From the IMG/VR virus record IMGVR_UViG_3300045988_122441: a DNA stretch of 64,000 bases; one strand, 5' to 3'. The notes below the pieces were generated by a model. It worked only from the letters and a program-made list of their open reading frames with translations, was not told the origin of the DNA and ran no database searches. Below are positions 9,143-16,908 of this stretch, piece after piece. The translations under genes and the position numbers were made by a program. This DNA is from a virus. Position 1 is the stretch's first letter. Each line of letters opens with the position of its first letter.

Positions 9143-9568
9143 ATGCCACACCACTGCGAAAAAGTCAATGGAGGAATGCTACGAATGAATGGAAAAAATG
9201 GAAATAATAGAACAAAGATCCTGCTTGTCGATTTATTAGAATATATTGCAAAGTATCAATATGCTAGATATATTTTTTCAAGTCACTATAATGATGAGTG
9301 TTTGAATGAGAATGTAAATAAACACACTCTTAGGATGAATCTGGTATTTAAAGAAATGTCTATCAAATTCAATCCAAATCAAATTTTACTGTATAATTTC
9401 ATGGATTTTAAGTCAACAGATTCCCAGTACGTTATACTTGATAGGGTGAAATATGCCAGAATAAAAGAGATGGCGACGGGAATAAAGATAGATTTTGTGA
9501 GTGGAAATCTATTAGATGATATTGATAATCATACATATACCGTATTTGCGGAGTTTGTAACTAGGTAA
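9143..9568 (+). CDS. Hypothetical protein
   Basis: 141-aa ORF. The SD (GGAGGA, 9170-9175) favours an internal start at 9185 (MNGKNG..). Confidence 0.5.
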   Translation: MPHHCEKVNGGMLRMNGKNGNNRTKILLVDLLEYIAKYQYARYIFSSHYNDECLNENVNKHTLRMNLVFKEMSIKFNPNQILLYNFMDFKSTDSQYVILDRVKYARIKEMATGIKIDFVSGNLLDDIDNHTYTVFAEFVTR

Positions 9569-9582
9569 ATTATTTTTTTAGC

Positions 9583-9611
9583 TTGACAAAAAGGGCGTGG
9601 TATGCTATTCT
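9583..9611 (+). promoter_or_regulatory. Sigma-A-type promoter upstream of the MazF-like gene
   Basis: TTGACA (9583-9588), 17-nt spacer ending in TGC, TATTCT (9606-9611). Confidence 0.5.
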
Positions 9612-9661
9612 TTAACTGTAAACAAAACAGAAATAAATTACAGTGAAAGGAGTGGCAACCT

Positions 9662-10090
9662 TTGAAGAGCAGTAATAATACAAAAAATCCGAAGATCGGA
9701 GATATCTATCTTGTGTATTTCGACGGTAGTGGAAATGAACAAAAAGGATTTAGACCTGGATTGGTATTCCAGAACAATGTGGGAAATGAACACAGCCCTA
9801 ACTTAATAGTTTTACCACTTACGAGTGCGCTGAAGAAGACTAATCAGCCAACACATGTATTTATTCCAAAGGAGGTTGGACTCCGGAAGGATAGCATGGT
9901 ATTATGTGAGAATCCGAAATGTATGTCAAAATACAAACTTGGAGAGTATATCACTACATTACCAGAAGAATATATGGCACAAGTTGCCGTTGGTAATATA
10001 TTGTCTTCATCAGCAATAGCGTTCATTGATCCGGATTTACTGATGAGCGTTTGGCAGAAGGCGTTAGCATTAAATGCGATAGCTAATTAG
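9662..10090 (+). CDS. MazF/PemK-family endoribonuclease toxin
   Basis: 'IGDIYLVYFDGSGNEQKGFRPGLVFQNNVGN..SPNLIVLPLTS' is the canonical PemK/MazF core. TTG start 9 nt after AAAGGAG. Confidence 0.8.
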   Translation: MKSSNNTKNPKIGDIYLVYFDGSGNEQKGFRPGLVFQNNVGNEHSPNLIVLPLTSALKKTNQPTHVFIPKEVGLRKDSMVLCENPKCMSKYKLGEYITTLPEEYMAQVAVGNILSSSAIAFIDPDLLMSVWQKALALNAIAN

Positions 10091-10099
10091 GAGGGACGC

Positions 10100-11056
10100 A
10101 TGTATAATGAAAAAGTAAAACATCAGTTTATGAAAGAACAAATGGAGGCTACTCCGTGGAAGATGAATTTGTGTGAGCTAATATTTAATAGCACACAAGA
10201 ATATGAGGAAGAGTGGGATGCCGATCTGTGTACCAAATCAGCTGAGGAACTTCAACCTATGCTAAGCCAAATAACGGGATTCAGAGCTAGAAGCAAATGG
10301 TCAAGGCTTATCATACTCAAAGACTATGTTAAATGGTGCATAGAAATGGGAGTAGACGGTGCTTGTCCTGGAATGTTGGAAGTTCAAACGGTTGGATTGG
10401 ATAAGGTAAAACAGCAGACAGTTGCAAATCCGAAACATCTGCAAGGCTATTTAGATGCGATATGCGAACCTGCGGACAAGAAAGCTACGGATAATATATA
10501 TCGATGTTACTATTGGCTGGCATATGCTGGTATGGCAGAAGAAGATATACTAAATGTAAAATGTTCAGATGTTGACTTTGCAAAACTTAGGGTGAATTAC
10601 GAATCACGATACACGGTTGTTCCAATTTACCCTGAGAGCCTAGATGCTTTCCATAACTGTGCAGAATTAAATCAATTCCTATTTGTGCATCCGAACTATT
10701 CTAAAGAAATATGGAAGGCTAGGGCAGAAGGAGATACATTGATCCGAGGTATTAAATCAGTACCTACATTAAAAGCTTTGAGGGTAGAATTATCGAGAAG
10801 ATCAAAGCAGAACAGCGACAAGACGCCGCTGAAGTTGAGCTATTTCAGAGTATGGATATCTGGAGTATTCTATAGAATGTATGAGCAGGAGATAATAGGA
10901 GTTCCACCAGATTTCAACGCCATAGCATATCAACAGATGGAAGGAAAGACTTATAAACTGGATAGCGGAAGAAACACAATGGAAGCAAAGCGCAGACAGC
11001 TTGTAAGAGATTACGAAGAAGACTACGAAAGATGGAAACTTGCGTGGTTTTTATAA
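10100..11056 (+). CDS. Tyrosine-recombinase-like protein with degenerate catalytic motifs
   Basis: SAM-like N-terminus. 'YWLAYAGMAEEDILNVKCSDVDF' aligns to the integrase 'TGlRisE..L.w.DiD' box, but the Arg is missing. 'LSYFRVWISGVF' replaces the HxxR box. Co-oriented 9 nt after the MazF stop. Confidence 0.4.
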   Translation: MYNEKVKHQFMKEQMEATPWKMNLCELIFNSTQEYEEEWDADLCTKSAEELQPMLSQITGFRARSKWSRLIILKDYVKWCIEMGVDGACPGMLEVQTVGLDKVKQQTVANPKHLQGYLDAICEPADKKATDNIYRCYYWLAYAGMAEEDILNVKCSDVDFAKLRVNYESRYTVVPIYPESLDAFHNCAELNQFLFVHPNYSKEIWKARAEGDTLIRGIKSVPTLKALRVELSRRSKQNSDKTPLKLSYFRVWISGVFYRMYEQEIIGVPPDFNAIAYQQMEGKTYKLDSGRNTMEAKRRQLVRDYEEDYERWKLAWFL

Positions 11057-11117
11057 TATTATTTGAGCAATAGCTCAGTTGATCGCCTACTGTGAAGTGG
11101 GCTTTCAATTACATACA

Positions 11118-11140
11118 TCAAGCTAATTAAATAATTTACA
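11118..11140 (+). promoter_or_regulatory. Copy 1 of a conserved 23-nt intergenic motif
   Basis: TCAAGCTAATTAAATAATTTACA. Ends 2 nt before the tRNA. Confidence 0.45.
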
Positions 11141-11141
11141 T

Positions 11142-11213
11142 AGGGGTATAGCCAAGCGGTAAGGCACAGGAATTTGACTCCTGCATTCGTCGGTTCAAAT
11201 CCGACTACCTCTG
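11142..11213 (+). tRNA. tRNA-Gln (anticodon UUG)
   Basis: Hand-folded 72-nt cloverleaf. Acceptor AGGGGTA/TACCTCT (one G-T pair). Anticodon stem CAGGA/TCCTG with loop ATTTGAC. T arm GTCGG-TTCAAAT-CCGAC. No encoded CCA. Confidence 0.85.
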
Positions 11214-11259
11214 CTCGGACGTAAAAACGTCCAAAAAATAATCTGAAAGGAGAACGTCA

Positions 11260-11838
11260 ATGCTGACAGAAACAAAAAGAGTTGAAAACCATGACAGAGT
11301 TGTGGAACTTCTGAATTCAGTAGAAAGAGATGGTATCTCTGATTTACTGAAATGGCTTGAGGAATCTGATTTCTTCACAGCACCTGCATCTCGTGCATAT
11401 CATGGAGCCTACATCGGAGGTTTATGCGAACACTCTCTGAATGTCTATGACGAAGCAAAGAGATTGTTATCAGCATATCCAGAGGTAGAGGTTTCTGACG
11501 AAACAGTGATTATTTCTGCACTGCTTCATGATTTATGCAAGGTCAATTTTTACGCAACAGAAAAGAGAAATCGTAAAAATAGCGAGACAGGTCAGTGGGA
11601 AAGCTATGATGCATTCACCATTAAAGAGAAGTTCTGCTATGGAGGTCATGGCAGTAAATCGGTATTTCTTGCTCAGAACTTTATCAAACTGACACCTACA
11701 GAGGCAATCGCAATTAACTGCCATATGGGTTCTTGGGATGGCAATAAAGATGTTGGAAGCGCATATGAAAAATACTGGTTTGCATGGCTGCTGCATGTTG
11801 CAGATGAAAGTGCTACATATATCAAAGAGGGAGAATAA
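11260..11838 (+). CDS. HD-domain phosphohydrolase
   Basis: 'YHGAYIGGLCEHSLNV' and 'LLHDLCK' supply the H..HD metal-binding motifs. Confidence 0.75.
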   Translation: MLTETKRVENHDRVVELLNSVERDGISDLLKWLEESDFFTAPASRAYHGAYIGGLCEHSLNVYDEAKRLLSAYPEVEVSDETVIISALLHDLCKVNFYATEKRNRKNSETGQWESYDAFTIKEKFCYGGHGSKSVFLAQNFIKLTPTEAIAINCHMGSWDGNKDVGSAYEKYWFAWLLHVADESATYIKEGE

Positions 11839-11840
11839 GA

Positions 11841-12116
11841 ATGAGAAGAAGAACTGCTCAGGAGCCTGTAGAGATCGATGTGCTCCAGAAAAAGAAAGAG
11901 GAACTTGCTCAGTTTGTAGATCGCTATAATAATGCCGTATCTATGGTGACTGGAACCGTCAGTAGCCTCGAATCACTTAATGAAAGTATTGAAGCGAAAA
12001 TCAAGGAAATTGATGAGTATCAGGCAGAACTTACGAGAACTAAGGATGGTCTCGGAGAAACAAGATCAAAGAATGAGAAAATCATCAAAAATTTTAAGGC
12101 GCTGATTGAGGCGTAG
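11841..12116 (+). CDS. Hypothetical coiled-coil protein
   Basis: 91-aa ORF, tightly packed between the HD and Erf-like genes. Confidence 0.45.
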   Translation: MRRRTAQEPVEIDVLQKKKEELAQFVDRYNNAVSMVTGTVSSLESLNESIEAKIKEIDEYQAELTRTKDGLGETRSKNEKIIKNFKALIEA

Positions 12117-12128
12117 TAGGGAGGAAAT

Positions 12129-12830
12129 ATGGCAGAGACAGAAACATTAAATCTTATTCAGAAACTTGCAAAAATCCGTGCGATTTCTGATGTCGTAGCA
12201 AAAGAAAAAAGAGGATACAACTACAGTTATGCAGATATTACATCAATTCTGGCTAAGATTACAGCAGGTATGAAAAAATATGGAGTTTCTTTAATTCCAC
12301 AGATTGTTCCGGGAACATCTCATGTTGAACAGTTGGTAACATCCAATACGAAGTTCACTAAAACTGGCGAGGCATATGAGGCGAAGACATCAGAGATGCT
12401 TGTAACTGCCGATATGGTATTCAAATGGGTAGATGATGCAAACCCAGAAGACTTCATTGAGGTTCCATGGTTTGTCACTGGATCACAGGGAGATCCATCA
12501 CAGGCTCTCGGATCTGGTCTTACATATTGCACAAGATATTTCCTTTGCAACTATTTCCAGATTGCACAGGCTGATTCAGATGTTGACGCATACCGTAGTA
12601 AGCAGAAAGCAGCTGAGGAATCAGAAGATAAAGCAATCGCAGAGGAAATCATTGCTCAGTTTGATGGAATTGTAAGACAGTTCCTCGCAGACCATCCAGA
12701 TAAAGCGGATGATGTCAAGAATCTCGTTAAGAGATATGTGAAAAACGGAAATTATCTTGCAATTAAAGAGCCTGCGTTAGCAGCTGATTTACTTGAAAAA
12801 TTCAATGAAAAATTCATTAAAGGAGAATAA
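12129..12830 (+). CDS. Erf-family single-strand annealing protein
   Basis: N-terminal 'LIQKLAKIRAISDVVAKEKRGYNYSYADITSILAKI' fits the ERF pattern. Sits upstream of an SSB gene. Confidence 0.65.
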   Translation: MAETETLNLIQKLAKIRAISDVVAKEKRGYNYSYADITSILAKITAGMKKYGVSLIPQIVPGTSHVEQLVTSNTKFTKTGEAYEAKTSEMLVTADMVFKWVDDANPEDFIEVPWFVTGSQGDPSQALGSGLTYCTRYFLCNYFQIAQADSDVDAYRSKQKAAEESEDKAIAEEIIAQFDGIVRQFLADHPDKADDVKNLVKRYVKNGNYLAIKEPALAADLLEKFNEKFIKGE

Positions 12831-12835
12831 TACAT

Positions 12836-13225
12836 ATGGGATTCAGAACAGGAAGTTATGCAACTATTTGGTCAGTAGAAAGTGCTACAGATACTCGAAC
12901 AAAGGCAAGAATTTCAATCAGCAGAAAGAACAAGCAGACGGGAGAATATGATACAGATTTCTCTGGATTTGTTGACTTCATCGGTACAGCTGCGGCAAGA
13001 AAGGCTCTTACTTTAAAAGAGAAAGATAGAATTCGACTGGGAGATGTTGATGTTACAAATAACTACAATAAGGAGAAGAATATTACCTACACCAACTTCA
13101 AAATCTTTAGTTTTGAGACACAGGCTGAGATCAATTCTGGCGGTGGTGGAAACTCCGGTTTTAACACAGAACCTCAGAGAGCTGTGGATAGTGGAGAAAT
13201 TGATGACTCACAGCTTCCATTCTAA
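12836..13225 (+). CDS. ssb: Single-stranded DNA-binding protein
   Basis: OB-fold-sized N-terminus, Gly-rich linker, acidic tail 'DDSQLPF' (cf. SSB 'DDDIPF'). Confidence 0.7.
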   Translation: MGFRTGSYATIWSVESATDTRTKARISISRKNKQTGEYDTDFSGFVDFIGTAAARKALTLKEKDRIRLGDVDVTNNYNKEKNITYTNFKIFSFETQAEINSGGGGNSGFNTEPQRAVDSGEIDDSQLPF

Positions 13226-13235
13226 GAGGTGACAA

Positions 13236-14045
13236 ATGGGAGAAATAAGTTATCGTCCACTGATTGAGGCGATGACCTGGAGCTATAGTAGGCTCGAAAT
13301 ATTTGACGACTGCCCGTACAGGTGGTTTCTAACATATATACATACTCCCAAATTAAAAAAAGAAGATAAATTCTATGCTGCATACGGATTGTTTATGCAT
13401 GATTTGCTTGAGAAATATTTTAAAGGTGAAAATTCCAAAGAAGAAATACTAATGATGTTTCTCACGCAATTCAAAGCAAAGACAAAAGGAACTGGAAGAC
13501 CTAAAGCTGCAACAGTACAGAAATATTTCCAGTCAGGAACAGAATTTATTAAATCATTAGAGCCGCTGAGATTCAAAATGATTTCTGTGGAAGAGAAAAT
13601 CGACTTTAAAATAGGAGAGTTTAATTTTACAGGAAGAATTGATTATCTCGGAGAGGAGGACGGAGAGTTTGTTATTATTGACAATAAATCAAGGGATTTA
13701 AAGCCGAGAAGCGGGCGAGCGAAGCCAACGCTAAAGGATAAAGAACTTGATTTGATGTTACGGCAGCTGTACATATATGCAGAAGCAGTACGTCAAAAGT
13801 ATGGTAAATTGCCGAAATTATTATGTTTTAACTGTTTTAGGACAGGAGTGTTTATCGAAGAACCGTTTAACGAAGACGCATATCGCGAAGCCTTATCATG
13901 GGCGCAGCACAAAGTCGAAGAGATATCAGGCGCAGATGAATTCTATCCTAATCGGGAATTTTTCTCGTGTTATTACCTTTGTGGTCTCAGCAATCATTGC
14001 TGTTACGACATAGAAGCACGAGCCGAGAGGAGGACTAGAACATGA
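13236..14045 (+). CDS. PD-(D/E)XK nuclease, Cas4/RecB-like with Fe-S cysteines
   Basis: 'GRIDYLGEEDGEFVIIDNKS' supplies the D..D/ExK motif. One N-terminal Cys ('FDDCPYRW') plus C-terminal 'CYYLCGLSNHCC'. Confidence 0.75.
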   Translation: MGEISYRPLIEAMTWSYSRLEIFDDCPYRWFLTYIHTPKLKKEDKFYAAYGLFMHDLLEKYFKGENSKEEILMMFLTQFKAKTKGTGRPKAATVQKYFQSGTEFIKSLEPLRFKMISVEEKIDFKIGEFNFTGRIDYLGEEDGEFVIIDNKSRDLKPRSGRAKPTLKDKELDLMLRQLYIYAEAVRQKYGKLPKLLCFNCFRTGVFIEEPFNEDAYREALSWAQHKVEEISGADEFYPNREFFSCYYLCGLSNHCCYDIEARAERRTRT

Positions 14046-15373
14046 CTAGCGTAGATGACATCAATAGTCTTGAGAGTGAAGCCGGTATTATTGCATCGCT
14101 AATACATAAACCGGATTTCATCTTCTATTCCGAATATTTATTACCCAACCATTTTACAAATAAAGAAAACAGATGTGTGTATACAGCTATTGGAGATCTC
14201 GTTGAAAGAGGAATTACCACAATAGACCCGTATAACATCATAGAAAGTCTCAATGCTTCAGAAGCAACACGAAAATATGCTGATGAATTATCTATTGAAA
14301 AGCTGAATGAACTTATGGAAATGAGTGATGTACTGGAAAGACATACAGTCGAAGAATACAAGATGCTCGTTGATAATGTTCTGGATGCAGCTTTCAGAAG
14401 AGATACATTCCAGAGGTTAAAGGAGTGTCAGGCTCTTTGCTACAACCGGGCAGAAACAAATGTTGAAGAGAAGATATATTCCATCATCGATGATGTAATG
14501 ACAGAATTCTCAACAACAAATGATGTGCCGATGTTCAAAGATGTTGTGGATGACTGCTGGGACGAGATTCAGTCCAGACAGGGAGATGGATACGCAGGTA
14601 TTCAGTTCAAATTCCCAGCATTAAATGAATACGCCACGATTGAGCCTGGTGAGTTGTTTATCTTTGCGGCAGAAGCGAAGCAGGGAAAATCAATGATGCT
14701 CCTTAATTGTGCAGTCGATCTGATGAAGAAAGACTTAGCAGTATTGTATCTGGATAGTGAGCTTAACACAAGAATGTTTACAGCACGAATTCTTGCTCAT
14801 ATTGCGAGAGTAGAGTACAAGAGACTTACATCTGGAAGTTACAACGCAGAAGAAGCACAGAGAATTGATGAGGCAAGAAAATGGCTGAAGACCAGAAAGT
14901 TCACTCATTTGTATATCCCAATGTTTGACCAGCAAACAATTTTCACAGCAGTAAAGAGAGTCCAACACACAATGGGGCTTGACGTACTGATTGTTGATTA
15001 CTTCAAAGGATCTGGTGATGGAGATGCATTTGATTCATATCAGGAACTGGGAAGATTTGTAGATATGGTTAAGAACAAAATTTGTGGAGATATGGGGATT
15101 TGTGGAATAGGAGCCGCACAAGCAACAACAACAGGTAAAGTCGCAGATTCAGCTAAGATTGGACGAAATGCAAGTACGATTGCAATTATTCAGGACAAAA
15201 CAGCTGAAGAGGTAGAAGCTGATGGAGCTGAGTGCGGAAATAAGAAATTAAGGGTTATCCTTAATCGAAACGGTATGCAGCACGCATCCGGAGAATACAT
15301 AGATTTGCAGTTTAATGGAAACTTGATTTCCTATGAACAAGCAAAGCAACACATACCGAGTACCCCTTATTAA
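14042..15373 (+). CDS. dnaB: Replicative DNA helicase (DnaB-like)
   Basis: DnaB N-domain pattern 'ESEAGIIASLI' and Walker A 'AAEAKQGKSMMLL'. 443 aa. Confidence 0.85.
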   Translation: MTSVDDINSLESEAGIIASLIHKPDFIFYSEYLLPNHFTNKENRCVYTAIGDLVERGITTIDPYNIIESLNASEATRKYADELSIEKLNELMEMSDVLERHTVEEYKMLVDNVLDAAFRRDTFQRLKECQALCYNRAETNVEEKIYSIIDDVMTEFSTTNDVPMFKDVVDDCWDEIQSRQGDGYAGIQFKFPALNEYATIEPGELFIFAAEAKQGKSMMLLNCAVDLMKKDLAVLYLDSELNTRMFTARILAHIARVEYKRLTSGSYNAEEAQRIDEARKWLKTRKFTHLYIPMFDQQTIFTAVKRVQHTMGLDVLIVDYFKGSGDGDAFDSYQELGRFVDMVKNKICGDMGICGIGAAQATTTGKVADSAKIGRNASTIAIIQDKTAEEVEADGAECGNKKLRVILNRNGMQHASGEYIDLQFNGNLISYEQAKQHIPSTPY

Positions 15374-15377
15374 ACTA

Positions 15378-15400
15378 TCAAGCTAATAAAATAATTTACA
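15378..15400 (+). promoter_or_regulatory. Copy 2 of the conserved 23-nt motif
   Basis: TCAAGCTAATAAAATAATTTACA, between the dnaB stop and the primase SD. Confidence 0.45.
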
Positions 15401-15417
15401 TGAAAGGAGACGACGGT

Positions 15418-16401
15418 GTGGACTTAGAAGAACTGATTGATTCGATAGATATCGTGGAATACATATCACAATTTGTAGAACTTGAGGAGAAAAATGGAGA
15501 ATACTGGGGGCTTAGCCCATTCTCCGATGAGAAAACACCGTCGTTTTCAGTCCGCAGGGAGAACAATACTTTTTATTGTTTCTCCAGCGGCATTGGAGGA
15601 AACGTCTTTACATTCACAAAGTTCTACTATCAATGCGATGCAAACAAAGCAGTAGATATTTTAAAGAAATATGCAGGGTGCGACGGAACAGAGTTTATTC
15701 CGAGAAGAAGAATGGCGGCTACGATGGCTTGCAGGAAGTATATGAAAAAGCAAGTACGCCATAAGGAATCAAAAACGAAGCGATTTCCAGACGACTGCAT
15801 GAGCAAGTATGAAAAGAGAGATGATAAGTTGGCTGTATGGGAAGCAGAGGGTATCTCCAGAGAGGCACTTGATACATTTCAAGTGTACTATGACAGCTTC
15901 TCTAACCGGCTCGTATATCCGATACGAGATATTGAAGGAAATATTGTGAATATCGGTGGCAGAATCCTTGATCCTGAATGGAAAGAAAAAGGAATGAGAA
16001 AGTACACATATCTTTCTGGATGGGGAGAGATGAGCGTGATTTACGGACTTTTCGAGAATATGGAAGAGATTCTAAAGAAGAAAGAAATCATTATTTTTGA
16101 AGGATGTAAATCGGTGTTATTGGCAAGGTCGTGGGGAATAAGAAATACCGGAGCACTTCTTACGTCTCACTTGAATCCGGCTCAAATGAAACTGCTTGCA
16201 AAGCTCGGTGTAAAAGTCGTGTTTGCATTAGATAAGGAAGTAAATATTAAAAAAGATCATAACATCAACAAGTTAAAACAATATGTGAATGTTGAGTATG
16301 TATGGGACAAAGACAATTTATTAGAAGAAAAAGATGCGCCAGTAGATAAGGGGGTTGAAACATTTGATAAGGTTTACGAATATCGGCACCGATTCAGATA
16401 G
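15418..16401 (+). CDS. DNA primase (DnaG-like, TOPRIM) with degenerate zinc-binding motif
   Basis: 'SPFSDEKTPSFSV..FYCFSSGIGGNVFTF' compares with the consensus 'CPFH.EKTPSF....F.CFGCG'. TOPRIM 'IIIFEGCKS' and 'VVFALDKE'. GTG at 15418 lies 8 nt after AAAGGAG. The track ATG at 15400 lies inside the motif. Confidence 0.8.
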   Translation: MDLEELIDSIDIVEYISQFVELEEKNGEYWGLSPFSDEKTPSFSVRRENNTFYCFSSGIGGNVFTFTKFYYQCDANKAVDILKKYAGCDGTEFIPRRRMAATMACRKYMKKQVRHKESKTKRFPDDCMSKYEKRDDKLAVWEAEGISREALDTFQVYYDSFSNRLVYPIRDIEGNIVNIGGRILDPEWKEKGMRKYTYLSGWGEMSVIYGLFENMEEILKKKEIIIFEGCKSVLLARSWGIRNTGALLTSHLNPAQMKLLAKLGVKVVFALDKEVNIKKDHNINKLKQYVNVEYVWDKDNLLEEKDAPVDKGVETFDKVYEYRHRFR

Positions 16402-16903
16402 ATATGGCTTTGACGGTCATGGAAGAATGTCTCGTGTAGCCGGTACGGACAGACGTTGGAGAAGCGGTAGCAGTACGATGTCAAGTAGCACGATGTCAAG
16501 ATCAATATCGGACAAAATGGATGCAACAATTTATGGGTATAGATATTGCAGAGATGATAGACAGAGAAGAGCTGCTGAAAACATGACGAAATATTCCTAT
16601 GATATAGCAGAAATTGTAGAAATTCTCAATGAATTCAAGGTGGATATGAAACTGCCGGGAGGGTCTCCACGACCGCTTGTAAGTATTCTATTGGATGTCG
16701 TAAGGATGTATACGCAAATACACGATCCGGCAACTGGTAGTAGATTGCTTACATTATCGGAAAGCATAAATCAGATTATCACCACATGTGTGGAGAATGG
16801 TATGAACCAGAGAGAAATTACATCAGAGATATTGTGCGATCCAGAAGTCGATGATGCTCAACTTGATGATTTCCTCCATGAATTTGCAATAAAGGAGGGA
16901 TAG
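16355..16903 (+). CDS. Hypothetical protein
   Basis: 182-aa ORF overlapping the primase 3' end. The true start is probably internal. Confidence 0.4.
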   Translation: MKHLIRFTNIGTDSDRYGFDGHGRMSRVAGTDRRWRSGSSTMSSSTMSRSISDKMDATIYGYRYCRDDRQRRAAENMTKYSYDIAEIVEILNEFKVDMKLPGGSPRPLVSILLDVVRMYTQIHDPATGSRLLTLSESINQIITTCVENGMNQREITSEILCDPEVDDAQLDDFLHEFAIKEG

Positions 16904-16908
16904 GCAGA

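Noticed and set aside
9143-9568. Upstream 141-aa ORF as the MazE-type antitoxin
   Set aside because: It is separated from the toxin by 93 nt containing a promoter, and it is about twice the usual antitoxin size. I could not recognise an AbrB, RHH or HTH motif. The possibility is left open only as an experimental control.
11142-11213. Suppressor tRNA or alternative genetic code in the late genes
   Set aside because: The anticodon is UUG (Gln, CAA). Long late ORFs (up to 2149 aa) are uninterrupted in the standard code.
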